Origin: a virus
IMG/VR virus record: IMGVR_UViG_3300032268_001483
Coordinates: 32,001 to 96,000 of that record
Strand: one strand, 5' to 3'
Length of the DNA: 64,000 nucleotides
The notes beneath the pieces were generated by a model. The model was not told where the DNA came from, searched no databases, and saw nothing but the letters and a program-made list of their open reading frames with translations. Of this stretch, positions 9,857-19,616 are shown in pieces. A program made the translations under genes and the position numbers. Within the stretch, counting starts at the first letter, position 1; each line of letters starts with the position of its first letter.

Positions 9857-9878
9857 TTTTATTATTTGAATTTAATTC

Positions 9879-9887
9879 TATATATTA
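9879..9887 (-). promoter_or_regulatory. TAATATATA putative late promoter
   Basis: Heads the 9856-6347 minus-strand unit. Confidence 0.55.
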
Positions 9888-9927
9888 AATTATTTTTTTC
9901 AAAACTTGTATTTTTATATATACATCT

Positions 9928-10743
9928 ATGAATATTAGAAAACTATCAGATAAAAAACCTAAAATATTATTATTTCAGGGTTCTCCAAGGAAAATTGATT
10001 CCTGCGCAAATCAAAAATCTAAATCAGAACGAGTTATAGAATACATTTTAGATAAATGGATGCCCTTTGTAAACTTCCAAGTCATTGATTTAGGTATCAG
10101 TGATGTCAGAATACAACCCTGTAAAGGTTGTGTATCAACTGCTAACGGAATGCATTGTCATTGGCACTGTGATTGCTTTGCCAAAGGAATGGAAGAAAAT
10201 CCGGATTTAATGCACGAAGCTGATATCTACACCAAATTAGAGGAATGTGATGGATTCATCGTTGTTTCACCAGTTCACTGGTATTCAGTATCTTCACAAG
10301 TAAAAGCTATGTTTGATAGATTAGTTTGTGCTAACTTAACTTTGACTAAAGAACAAGCTAGAGAAATATTCGGAAAAGGTAATACCAAAAATTCAGATTT
10401 AACTGGTAGAGCAGAATTATCAGGTAAATATAAACACTTACTAAAAAATCATTTAGAAGGGAAATGGGCAGGATTCATAGTTCACGGTGATAATGGAGCC
10501 AATGATTATGGTAATAATCCGCCTGATATTGGAGACCAGTTTTGGTCTGTGAGAAATAATGTAATGCCACTTGTTTATCAATGTAGATTTTCGGGAATCA
10601 ATTGTCCAGATGACCTAGTTGAGGCAATTTATATGAATGAGGGAATGCCTTATTATCAAGCTAATTTGTCACCATTGGATCAGTTATTTGAATTATCAGA
10701 TGGTGTTGTAGAGAGAATGATAGATTATATTAATAATTTTTAG
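9928..10743 (+). CDS. Flavodoxin-fold NAD(P)H-dependent FMN reductase / iron-sulfur flavoprotein family
   Basis: FQGSPRK, IQPCKGCVS..CHWHCDC, DGFIVVSPVHWYSVSSQVKAMFDRL. Confidence 0.85.
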   Translation: MNIRKLSDKKPKILLFQGSPRKIDSCANQKSKSERVIEYILDKWMPFVNFQVIDLGISDVRIQPCKGCVSTANGMHCHWHCDCFAKGMEENPDLMHEADIYTKLEECDGFIVVSPVHWYSVSSQVKAMFDRLVCANLTLTKEQAREIFGKGNTKNSDLTGRAELSGKYKHLLKNHLEGKWAGFIVHGDNGANDYGNNPPDIGDQFWSVRNNVMPLVYQCRFSGINCPDDLVEAIYMNEGMPYYQANLSPLDQLFELSDGVVERMIDYINNF

Positions 10744-10784
10744 TTTACTAAAATAATATATACTTAAAATTAAATATTTAAATT

Positions 10785-11360
10785 ATGGCTTTAGATTTAG
10801 CAAACGGTTACATAAGAAAAGACGGCTCATCTGCCTCAAACGTTTATTTTGGTTATAGTTATAACCAAAATGCTGGTGATAATGATAAAGTCTTCGCAAT
10901 AAGAAAAGTCTCAACAGTTGCTGGTGTAGAAACAATAACTTGGACTAATGGTACGCAACAATCATACATAAATGATTGGTCAGGTAGAACTTATAGTTTT
11001 TCGGCACCTGCTGGAAGTCTTGGTTTGACTTATGCAACAACTACATTAACAGAAACTGTTACTTCTGGTTCTTATTCATTTACATTTGCTAAGTCAAGGT
11101 TTGCATCTTTTACTTGGTCAACTATAAATGGTGTTAGTAAATATTTAATTACATCAAAAGACGGATCCGGTAACCTCCTGAATGTGGATGGGGCTCCCTT
11201 AAGAGGTCAATATGTAACAAGAAATTACACAACAGAAGTATTCAATTTAACGAGTTATTCACAGGGATATTTAGATGCAGGTACTTATACCTTGACAGTA
11301 ACAGCAGTTAATGTCGCAGGTTCAATTTCTTCTACGGCTACTTTTAATTTTGCGCTATAA
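10785..11360 (+). CDS. Probable virion structural protein (beta-rich, FN3-like C-terminus)
   Basis: Ser/Thr/Gly-rich, GTYTLTVTAVNVAG. Confidence 0.55.
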   Translation: MALDLANGYIRKDGSSASNVYFGYSYNQNAGDNDKVFAIRKVSTVAGVETITWTNGTQQSYINDWSGRTYSFSAPAGSLGLTYATTTLTETVTSGSYSFTFAKSRFASFTWSTINGVSKYLITSKDGSGNLLNVDGAPLRGQYVTRNYTTEVFNLTSYSQGYLDAGTYTLTVTAVNVAGSISSTATFNFAL

Positions 11361-11362
11361 AT

Positions 11363-11911
11363 ATGAAATATATTTTACTATTCGAAAACTTTTCTGATAA
11401 TACAATTTATGGAGAAGATTGGAAAAAATTTGTACCCGATAGCTTAGTAGTCATCAAAGGAGATACTACAGATCTAAATGGTTATATCTTAGATGCAAAA
11501 ACAAGAAAACCAACAAATCAATTGTGTAAGTATAAGCTCGGTAATTTAATGGCAAATCAAGTATATCAGATTACTTACGACAGAGATTTTGATATTTTAG
11601 GAATACCCGATACACTTGAAATGGATGTCTCAATATTAAACTCAGATGATGGAAAATTTAAACTTTCGGTTGAAATTACTTTTGGTGACTTAGTCGCATC
11701 AGGATTCACAGTCCAAAAACCGAATAAAGTTGATATTTTTGAGTATACATCATATCACTCACAAGGCGATCCTAGCGATACAGTTTTCGCCTTCAGTGAA
11801 AGTAGTCTAAAAAAGTTAATTCCGTTCATAAATCATTTTGATGGATTAAACGTTACAAGAGCTGATTTGAACTTTTTAGATAATAGAAGATTTAGTTATC
11901 GACCTAAATAG
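11363..11911 (+). CDS. Hypothetical protein with capsid-targeting-like leader
   Basis: MKYILLFENF. Confidence 0.7.
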   Translation: MKYILLFENFSDNTIYGEDWKKFVPDSLVVIKGDTTDLNGYILDAKTRKPTNQLCKYKLGNLMANQVYQITYDRDFDILGIPDTLEMDVSILNSDDGKFKLSVEITFGDLVASGFTVQKPNKVDIFEYTSYHSQGDPSDTVFAFSESSLKKLIPFINHFDGLNVTRADLNFLDNRRFSYRPK

Positions 11912-13166
11912 GAAGATCATCACAATCTATACTAACCCATCTAATATCATTTTCACTTCTAAAAATTTTACCAACTTTATTTCTTGAATCAGTTATTATA
12001 TTTTTTCTAACAGATAACTCTAACAATAATAAATTCATATCATCATCCAAATCTAAATCTAAATCAAGTTTATTTTTTTCCAAAACTGAAATAGCAATGA
12101 TTGGATCATTCTTGAACTTGTCGATAATAGTATTTACCCATTCAAATTGTTGTGAAATTGTAAATCCTTTTATATTTTTAACTATCAGTGGTGCGTGATG
12201 TATTAATCTCGCTAGTAAATAAATCTCATCGTTACTTACTCCCTTATCTAAGTATTCACTAATTGAAAATTTTTTATCAATGATAAGATTCAAATTCAAC
12301 CAAATCAATTTTTTTGTATCTTCATTTTGAATGTTTCTATAATAATACATAAAGTCATCTGGCATGAATCCACTATTTTTCTTAAAATCCATTATTTCAC
12401 CGATTGGCTCTAAACAATAAATATTATCTTCAACACCATAGAGTGATTTTATATTTTTTTCTGAGTCTAAATCTCTATCTAATTTAAATTTATCTCCTAA
12501 AATATCGGAGAATTTTTCAAACTCGAGTTTATACTTCTCCTTGAATCTATACTTTTGAACATTCATTATATTTTTATATTTTAGGACATATTTTGCTATC
12601 CCAAATTCATCTTCATTGACATTTGCCCCTAATTCAACTTTCTTTTTAGCTAATCTGATTGCTGTATGAGCAGGTGTTCGTAAATCAATTATTTTGATTT
12701 CTCCTGTATTTAAAAATTCAATGAATTCTTTCGACCAATAAAATTTATTTTCAGATAAATCATATCCAACTTGGCAACAATTCAAATCAAATGAATCAAT
12801 TATAATTTGAGGACTTTTTGTATCTGAACAGTAATAGATTTTATTAAAAATGTCTTCTCTAACTGAATCCTCTATGTAATATTTGATTTGATTCCTATAA
12901 CCGAATCTAATACCGTTATAGTCCTCTGAAACTTCTTTGGTGACAGTCTTAGCTGTAAATTTATTATAAAGGTACATATTACTCATATTAGTTTGTAATT
13001 CCTTTAAAATAAAAATATCAATATCATTAATAATAGCTTCTTTACCAGAAACTTCTTCCCAAATTAGGTTTGCGATTGAACCACCAGCTAAAAATCCTTC
13101 AGTGGGTAAAGTGAATTTTGATTTTAGTTTTTCTAAAGCTTTTGAAAAAATTAGATTTGTATCCAT
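11904..13166 (-). CDS. Pol-beta-superfamily nucleotidyltransferase (CCA/poly(A) polymerase head-like)
   Basis: GFLAGGSIAN..INDIDIF and IIDSFDLNCCQVG motifs. Confidence 0.7.
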   Translation of the reverse strand: MDTNLIFSKALEKLKSKFTLPTEGFLAGGSIANLIWEEVSGKEAIINDIDIFILKELQTNMSNMYLYNKFTAKTVTKEVSEDYNGIRFGYRNQIKYYIEDSVREDIFNKIYYCSDTKSPQIIIDSFDLNCCQVGYDLSENKFYWSKEFIEFLNTGEIKIIDLRTPAHTAIRLAKKKVELGANVNEDEFGIAKYVLKYKNIMNVQKYRFKEKYKLEFEKFSDILGDKFKLDRDLDSEKNIKSLYGVEDNIYCLEPIGEIMDFKKNSGFMPDDFMYYYRNIQNEDTKKLIWLNLNLIIDKKFSISEYLDKGVSNDEIYLLARLIHHAPLIVKNIKGFTISQQFEWVNTIIDKFKNDPIIAISVLEKNKLDLDLDLDDDMNLLLLELSVRKNIITDSRNKVGKIFRSENDIRWVSIDCDDLPI

Positions 13167-13203
13167 GACTTTTTTGATTTAGTTGTCATGATATTTAGAA
13201 AAG

Positions 13204-13626
13204 TTAAGAAGTTGGTAATTCCAGTAAAGTTTTTGAAGATAAATATCCTAACACTTCTTCCCATTCATCAGCTTCATAATATTTGTATTGAGGGTCTTCC
13301 GGAAAATCATCTTCATCATATAGCCTTAATATTTGAGTTATGATGTAACGATCGTCACCTAATTTTCTTATCAAGATTTCTTCTGGTATATCCGAATTTA
13401 GTGACAAAATTGACATCCACATTTCACTTGGGCTAAAGCCTAAACCATCTTTGGGATAAAGATAATCATCTACTAATCTTCTATTTTTTTCCACTAATTG
13501 TACAAAAAAATTTTTCTCAGTTTCTAAAAATTCCTCTCTACCAAATAAATTCAATTTTGTTCCTACTTCACCACTGGTGATCTGACTTGGTTGCCTAAAA
13601 GATTCAAATAATTTCAAGTATTTCAT
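13204..13626 (-). CDS. Hypothetical protein with capsid-targeting-like leader
   Basis: Start reassigned to ATG 13626 (MKYLKLFESF); the longer track start overlaps the divergent gene. Confidence 0.7.
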   Translation of the reverse strand: MKYLKLFESFRQPSQITSGEVGTKLNLFGREEFLETEKNFFVQLVEKNRRLVDDYLYPKDGLGFSPSEMWMSILSLNSDIPEEILIRKLGDDRYIITQILRLYDEDDFPEDPQYKYYEADEWEEVLGYLSSKTLLELPTS

Positions 13627-13628
13627 AT

Positions 13629-13640
13629 TAATATATATTA
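13629..13640. promoter_or_regulatory. Overlapping bidirectional TAATATATA/TATATATTA element
   Basis: TAATATATA at 13629-13637 (+) and 13632-13640 (-) between divergent ORFs 13626 and 13660. Confidence 0.55.
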
Positions 13641-13659
13641 AATAAATTAAATTAAAACT

Positions 13660-14022
13660 ATGATAAGATTTACACAAATTTTAGAAAACAATAACTCCTA
13701 CGTAGAAGTAAAATCTCAACCACTCAATACTGAGCTAGTTTATATCTGTGAGTCAGGTGGACAAGTTGGTAGTCTTCTACTTGTTTTCAATGGTAGAGAA
13801 GCTTCTATCTATTCAGTAGAAGTCCTTCCTACACATAGAGGTAAAGGATATGGTAAAAGATTAGTTGAAAGTGCTATTGAAGCTTGTAAACAAAAAAGCT
13901 GCAACTTTATTGAATTGAATACAGAAGTAGATAATACTGTAGCAAATAATCTCTACCAATCTCTGGGATTTGAATTGATGGGAAATAAATTTACATTTAA
14001 TAACTATAGAAAATATTTATAG
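13660..14022 (+). CDS. GNAT family N-acetyltransferase
   Basis: VEVLPTHRGKGYGKRLV, NTVANNLYQSLGF. Confidence 0.9.
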   Translation: MIRFTQILENNNSYVEVKSQPLNTELVYICESGGQVGSLLLVFNGREASIYSVEVLPTHRGKGYGKRLVESAIEACKQKSCNFIELNTEVDNTVANNLYQSLGFELMGNKFTFNNYRKYL

Positions 14023-14247
14023 TAATTTATCTATCTTAAAGTCTCTTAATTCAACAGTCAAATAATCAATAATTTCTTGACTATTCCTCGATGAAATTAT
14101 GACTTTATCAGATGAGTCAGTTATTAGTATTTTACCACTCATTGTAGATGATGCTTTATATAGAATTTCTCCTCTAAATGAAAATGTCCATATATCAGAC
14201 CAGCCTAATCCATAAAGTTTAAAACCAAGTGGTTCAAGGAAATTCAC
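14017..14247 (-). CDS. Hypothetical protein
   Basis: 76 aa, GTG start, C-terminal RDFKIDKLL. Confidence 0.55.
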   Translation of the reverse strand: MNFLEPLGFKLYGLGWSDIWTFSFRGEILYKASSTMSGKILITDSSDKVIISSRNSQEIIDYLTVELRDFKIDKLL

Positions 14248-14307
14248 AAAAAACTTTTTCTTTTTATACTAAAATTTAATACTTAGTTTTTTAATATATA
14301 CTCTATT

Positions 14308-15729
14308 ATGAATAAAATATTCAACTTCCAATCATTTTTAGAATCGGTATCTTCTGGTAAATCTCACCTCTTTTATTCAGAGAGATTTAGAAATCTAATC
14401 GGCAAAATAGCAATGTCAAAAGATCCAGTTGCACAATTCCTAAGACAAAGTGAGTGCAGGGAGGACTTTGAAGATGATATCACTTTTATTGATATTACAG
14501 ACAAAGAAGATATGGTATCTTTTATTCAAGTAAATAGATTAGATAGATTACGCCAAAGTGACAGAAATTTTTACAAAAATATTGTATATCATAGTTCTGA
14601 TAAATATGACTTAACACCGATACCAGAGCTCGATAAATATATTCAGAGAGTTTGGAAGGCAACACAGAAAAATTTAGAGCATGATAGCTGGAAAAAACAG
14701 AGAACTGAAATAGGAATTGGTAGATTTGTAAATAGAGTTTCTTCTTTACAATTAATTACTATTAAATCCGAACAATTAGAAAAGTTTGTTAATTCTTATA
14801 AAGCGCATTGGAAACAATTAAATAAAATAGAAGAGAATTTTGAATTGGTAAGTGGAGAAGAAATTAGAAGGTGGTATCACCAACAAAATTATCAAGAGTC
14901 TAAAGGACAATTATTTTCTTCTTGTATGAAATATCCGGATTGTCAACCTTATTTTAATATCTATGTTGAAAATCCAGAAGTTTGTCAACTTTTAATATTG
15001 AAAGACAAAGATCCGGATAAAATTTCTGGAAGAGCCTTAATATGGACACTTACATCTGGTGAAAAATATATGGATAGACCCTATACTAATCACGACGCTG
15101 ATATAAATTTATTTAATGATTACGCTAGGAAACATAAAATTAAAACCAATGCTTACGATTTAGAAGTAAAAGTAAAAGCTAAAGATTATGGACAATATCC
15201 ATATATGGATTCTCTTCATTATTTTAACCCTAAGACTGGGATTTTAACTACTGATGATGATGTTTATCCACATCCTGATTGGATTATGTTAAAGAAGACT
15301 GATGGTTCATATCAATCTGGTGAATGTGTTTTCTCTAAATACCTTGATAGATATATTCTTGAGGAAGAAGCGGTGTGGGCAGAAGATTTAGAGGACTGGA
15401 TTACTAAGGATGATGCAGTCTATGTTGATTCGGAGGATGCATGGTATTCAGAAGAATACATGGATAATTCAAAATCTAATGTAGTCTATTGTAGTTGGGC
15501 AGATGTAAATGAATTTGAAGATAAGTGTATTTATTCAACCTATTTGAATAGTTGGTTGATTAAAGATGATTCAAAAGAAGTTTGGGTAAATAGAAGTCAA
15601 GAAGAGTGGGTACCAAAAACTGCAAGAAGATATCTGTCAACAGTGGTAGAAATAGATGGTGAAATGAAAGATTGTTTGGTTAGTGCAATAATTCAGGATG
15701 AAAATGGTAAATGGAAATTTAAATCTTAA
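14308..15729 (+). CDS. SCM-family phage protein with acidic aromatic C-terminal repeats (paralogue of 37633-39465)
   Basis: SSCMKYPDCQPYFNIYVENPEVC..GRALIW..YMDRPY. Confidence 0.7.
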   Translation: MNKIFNFQSFLESVSSGKSHLFYSERFRNLIGKIAMSKDPVAQFLRQSECREDFEDDITFIDITDKEDMVSFIQVNRLDRLRQSDRNFYKNIVYHSSDKYDLTPIPELDKYIQRVWKATQKNLEHDSWKKQRTEIGIGRFVNRVSSLQLITIKSEQLEKFVNSYKAHWKQLNKIEENFELVSGEEIRRWYHQQNYQESKGQLFSSCMKYPDCQPYFNIYVENPEVCQLLILKDKDPDKISGRALIWTLTSGEKYMDRPYTNHDADINLFNDYARKHKIKTNAYDLEVKVKAKDYGQYPYMDSLHYFNPKTGILTTDDDVYPHPDWIMLKKTDGSYQSGECVFSKYLDRYILEEEAVWAEDLEDWITKDDAVYVDSEDAWYSEEYMDNSKSNVVYCSWADVNEFEDKCIYSTYLNSWLIKDDSKEVWVNRSQEEWVPKTARRYLSTVVEIDGEMKDCLVSAIIQDENGKWKFKS

Positions 15730-15781
15730 TAAAAAGTAAACTTTTCTATAGACTTTTTATATGTATTTAAATTTAAAAAAA

Positions 15782-16012
15782 ATGAAATACCTATTAGTAA
15801 CTCTATCTTTACTGACTTTGTCTTGCACTCAAAAAGAATTCAAGTATAAAATCCACAATCCCAAATACTTGGATTATAATAACTCTGCCACTTTTTTTAC
15901 AGATACAGTCCAATTCAAATCTGATACTGCCTTCTACATTAACTCAGACAACTCAATTGTTATCATTTCAATTGATAGTTTAAAAGATTGTAAAATTGAC
16001 ACTTTAAAATAA
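15782..16012 (+). CDS. Lipoprotein
   Basis: Start at 15782: MKYLLVTLSLLTLSC signal peptidase II-type leader. Confidence 0.7.
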   Translation: MKYLLVTLSLLTLSCTQKEFKYKIHNPKYLDYNNSATFFTDTVQFKSDTAFYINSDNSIVIISIDSLKDCKIDTLK

Positions 16013-16018
16013 TTAAAT

Positions 16019-16441
16019 ATGCAAAATAAAATTAATGGTTTTTTTGGAAAGTGGCGATTCCTATCTAACTTTTGGGAATGCCCTATAACATTCGAGGGTC
16101 TTGAGTATCCATCAGTTGAAAATGCTTATCAAGCAGCAAAAACTTTGGATATAGAAGTTAGAAAACAATTTCAAAATATCACACCTAAAGAATCAAAATC
16201 TTTAGGAAAAAAAATAGGAATTAGAGGGGATTGGGAAATGGTAAAACTTGATATAATGTTGAATTTATCATTAGAAAAATTTACAAGACATCCCCACTTA
16301 GGCACACAATTAATCGAAACAGATGATTCCTATTTAGAGGAATCTAACTGGTGGCGAGACACCTTCTGGGGAACACATAATGGTATTGGTGAAAACAATT
16401 TAGGAAAAATACTTATGAAAGTAAGAGATATTATAAAATAG
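16019..16441 (+). CDS. NADAR (YbiA-like) family protein
   Basis: FLSNFW..YPSVENAYQAAK, KFTRHPHL, WWRDTFWG..GENNLGKILMKVR. Confidence 0.93.
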   Translation: MQNKINGFFGKWRFLSNFWECPITFEGLEYPSVENAYQAAKTLDIEVRKQFQNITPKESKSLGKKIGIRGDWEMVKLDIMLNLSLEKFTRHPHLGTQLIETDDSYLEESNWWRDTFWGTHNGIGENNLGKILMKVRDIIK

Positions 16442-16449
16442 TAAATGAA

Positions 16450-16662
16450 ATGAACGCACAAGTAATAAATAAAATAGAGGATTTGATACAAACATTGAAT
16501 CAAAAACAACAGATGATTGCTAATAAAATTAAGTTAGAAAAAAATTATCGTTTTTTTGAATCATTAGTTAGGGGCAATTCAGAAATATTTTTTGAGGATT
16601 TATCTACAAAGAATATTTATCATTTAGTAACGCACATAAAAAACACCTGTCAGTGTGATTAA
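16450..16662 (+). CDS. Hypothetical protein
   Basis: 70 aa ORF in operon. Confidence 0.5.
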   Translation: MNAQVINKIEDLIQTLNQKQQMIANKIKLEKNYRFFESLVRGNSEIFFEDLSTKNIYHLVTHIKNTCQCD

Positions 16663-16718
16663 AAACAAAACTCTTTTTTTTTAATATAATTTTTATCAAA
16701 AAAATAATAGAAAAATAA

Positions 16719-17207
16719 ATGAGAATTTTTATAACACCAGAAGACATAGTCAAAAGATGTCTCTACGATAGTTGGGCATACTATATTGTTGGTTCGGATA
16801 AAGAGGCAGAAAGACTATTGAAAGAGAATACCGAGTTTGAACTAAGTGAAAGAGATGCTATTGTAATTGGACTACTCAAAGTAATTGAAACAGATAACCT
16901 AATTCATAGATTCAATGACTATCTAACTCACTTCTTAACTGTAAGAGCAGTAAAAGAAAAAGAAACTTTCTTAATTAGAAAGAAATCTGTAGAAACAAGT
17001 ATTGAAAAATTTCTTGATAAATTCCCAGAAAGTTGGGAAGCAGAAATGTCTTATAAAAATGCCCTAAAAGATTTGAAAGTGTATGTTGAGGAACTTAACA
17101 AGAATCTTTTAAAATTAGACATTATTAAACTTACTATTCAAAACATTAATTATGAATTTTATAATGCAAATAATATAAAAAAACTTCTAAATTTTAATAA
17201 CTACTAA
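16719..17207 (+). CDS. Hypothetical protein
   Basis: 162 aa ORF coupled to grpE. Confidence 0.7.
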   Translation: MRIFITPEDIVKRCLYDSWAYYIVGSDKEAERLLKENTEFELSERDAIVIGLLKVIETDNLIHRFNDYLTHFLTVRAVKEKETFLIRKKSVETSIEKFLDKFPESWEAEMSYKNALKDLKVYVEELNKNLLKLDIIKLTIQNINYEFYNANNIKKLLNFNNY

Positions 17208-17208
17208 T

Positions 17209-17682
17209 ATGGAACAAGAAGAACTATTCGAAAATTCAGATAAAAACAATATTGAACCTACTAAAATCTATACACAAGAACAATTTGACGAAGTAAAGAA
17301 GGAGGGGGAAGATAAATACCTCAGACTTTTAGCCGAATTCGATAACTATAAAAAAAGAATTTCTAAAGAAAAGGAGGATTTAAAAATTAATACAAAGACT
17401 CAAATGCTTTCTACAATCTTGGATATGGATTCTGATTTAGCACTGGCTAAAAAGAATATTAAAGAAGAAAATGAAGGGTTGAATCTAATTCTTTCTAAAT
17501 TTGATAGTTTTCTAAAATCTTTAGGTGTGGAACCTATTCAAACCGAAACTTATGATTCTGATTTACACGAAGTAATATCCGTCATTGAAATCGGTGAAGA
17601 AAAAATCGTCGATGTTATATCAAAAGGATATACGATTAATGGTAAACCATTCCGATATCCAAAAATTATCTTGGGTAAATAA
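17209..17682 (+). CDS. grpE: Nucleotide exchange factor GrpE
   Basis: YLRLLAEFDNYKKR, YDSDLHEVI, KGYTINGKPFRYPKI. Confidence 0.93.
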   Translation: MEQEELFENSDKNNIEPTKIYTQEQFDEVKKEGEDKYLRLLAEFDNYKKRISKEKEDLKINTKTQMLSTILDMDSDLALAKKNIKEENEGLNLILSKFDSFLKSLGVEPIQTETYDSDLHEVISVIEIGEEKIVDVISKGYTINGKPFRYPKIILGK

Positions 17683-17687
17683 AATAA

Positions 17688-17710
17688 AAAGTCCGATTTA
17701 GTCGGACTTT
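17688..17710. terminator. Bidirectional intrinsic terminator
   Basis: aaagtccga/tcggacttt between convergent genes. Confidence 0.75.
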
Positions 17711-17719
17711 ATCTATTTT

Positions 17720-18361
17720 TTAATATCTGTTAAATTTTTTGTATCGGTATCCGATAGACTCATTACTTTTTTGGTATTCGTTAAATAAATCTTGCACTAT
17801 TTGTTTACCTTCTTCTTTAACTTCATTTACATCAGTCAACTCTCCATATCTCAAGTAGTCACGAGTTTTTCCCTTTTCTTGTAAACGGTTTAAAATTCTT
17901 GCAGATAAATCATCCGCAGCACCTACTAATTTATCTAGTTGCCTAAAATCTAAATCCTCCCCAAATTTTGATTTAAGATACCTTTCAATATCTTCTGCCT
18001 TCACACCCTTTAATAGTAAAGACTTATAAATTGTAGCTGGTTTACCATATTTTTGACACCAATCCATCCACATTTTGAAATTGGCATCATCAGTCGGAGC
18101 GTTTTTGAGAGCATACCTGTCGTAGCCACGATTCAACATCCAAACCACAAAAAAGTCGATGTCCGCTAAATTTATTTTAGAGTTACTTATTGTTTGTTCA
18201 ATCGGATCTTTATCATTCACCACATCTTGTGCAATTGTATTTGCAACGGGACCCATTAATCCAACTGATAATGCTGCTCCGATTAGCCATTGTTTTAGAC
18301 CCTCGTCTACCGATTCAAAATCTTGATAGGAAAAATTCTCATACGTTTTTAAATGTTTCAT
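17720..18361 (-). CDS. Hypothetical protein with leader and early hydrophobic segment
   Basis: MKHLKTYENF..DEGLKQWLIGAALSVGLMG. Confidence 0.7.
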   Translation of the reverse strand: MKHLKTYENFSYQDFESVDEGLKQWLIGAALSVGLMGPVANTIAQDVVNDKDPIEQTISNSKINLADIDFFVVWMLNRGYDRYALKNAPTDDANFKMWMDWCQKYGKPATIYKSLLLKGVKAEDIERYLKSKFGEDLDFRQLDKLVGAADDLSARILNRLQEKGKTRDYLRYGELTDVNEVKEEGKQIVQDLFNEYQKSNESIGYRYKKFNRY

Positions 18362-18375
18362 GTAATTATTTTTTT

Positions 18376-19176
18376 TTAGGCTAATAAAGCTATAAATTTT
18401 TTAAATTCCGATTGTCTGTGAGCCAAACCATTTGTACCACCATTTACTCTTTTTGTAAGAGCCAACACGTTTTCATCAGATGATCCCGCATCACAAATTG
18501 GCCAAAGCTTGTTGCTATCAAAGAAGTATGCAGCTGATGATAAGGGATATTTAGTAGCTACTAAATCGGGATTCGAAACTAAGTCAACTCCAAGAAAAGC
18601 ACCAAGTCTTTTATAATTCTCTTTTCCGGTGGTTTGTAGATAACCTCTTCCTCGGAATTTCCAACCTTCTTTTGAAGTCTCATCACCATTACCTATTCTA
18701 TTACCATAAACACGAGAAGCAATCATCTCTGGTTTGAAAGCATATGATTCAGCCAAATTACCCGGAAAATATCCACCAAAAATTTTCATTAATCCATCTT
18801 TCGAATAATTCAAATTTTCAACAACAGCTTTGAAATTACCAGATTCGTGGGAACACTGAGAGAGGAAATGCGCCAAACGAAGGTTTGTAATTAGATTGAA
18901 TTTCTCAGCAATTATCCCAATTTCTGCAATTACTGAATCAGGAATATGTCCCTTTAATTTATCAGTTTTTAGAACCTCTTTTTCTACTTTTGGTAGAGAG
19001 ATTCCTAATTTTGCCATTGTGGCTTCACCTACAATACCATCAGCAATCAATCCATTTTTTGATTGCCATTCTTTTACAGCCCCTTCAGTACCAGGCCCAA
19101 AATTACCATCAGCACTAATACCGAGTTTTTGTTGAAGTAGCCTAACTAATTCACCTTTAGAACCTATTTTTAACAT
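18376..19176 (-). CDS. Endolysin: peptidoglycan-binding domain plus GH19 catalytic domain
   Basis: LKIGSKGELVRLLQQKLG..ADGIVG; HFLSQCSHESG; FRGRGYLQTTGKENY; RVNGGTNGLAHR. Confidence 0.92.
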   Translation of the reverse strand: MLKIGSKGELVRLLQQKLGISADGNFGPGTEGAVKEWQSKNGLIADGIVGEATMAKLGISLPKVEKEVLKTDKLKGHIPDSVIAEIGIIAEKFNLITNLRLAHFLSQCSHESGNFKAVVENLNYSKDGLMKIFGGYFPGNLAESYAFKPEMIASRVYGNRIGNGDETSKEGWKFRGRGYLQTTGKENYKRLGAFLGVDLVSNPDLVATKYPLSSAAYFFDSNKLWPICDAGSSDENVLALTKRVNGGTNGLAHRQSEFKKFIALLA

Positions 19177-19192
19177 AATTTTTTATTTTTAT

Positions 19193-19543
19193 TTATATAT
19201 TAACTACCGTAATCAATATTTTTCTAAATTTACCACACTTTAACTCAAGAGCCATCTGTGCAGACTCCCAAGATATCAAAATATTTCTTTCAAAGTTCGT
19301 CGAGTTCGTAACTATCCAAATCTTAGTGTCTAAAAAATCTACTCCATCTGTAATTTTGTCATATTTTAAAAAGAATATTTTACCAGAATATCTCTCTATT
19401 CTGAAATCTAATATCTTAGTCAAGGAGTTGGATTCAATTGCTAGTTTGTGACCCTTATAGATGACATCTCCTTCAAAATCCACACCTTCTTTATAAAGTC
19501 TAATCTCCTGTCTACCTTCGGCTTTTAAAATTATATAATTCAT
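19193..19543 (-). CDS. Hypothetical protein
   Basis: 116 aa ORF. Confidence 0.55.
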   Translation of the reverse strand: MNYIILKAEGRQEIRLYKEGVDFEGDVIYKGHKLAIESNSLTKILDFRIERYSGKIFFLKYDKITDGVDFLDTKIWIVTNSTNFERNILISWESAQMALELKCGKFRKILITVVNI

Positions 19544-19616
19544 AAATTTTTTAACTTCAACAAAAGTTGTTTTTTTTAATATATTTATATATCAAAAAAA
19601 TTTTTACATCATTTAT

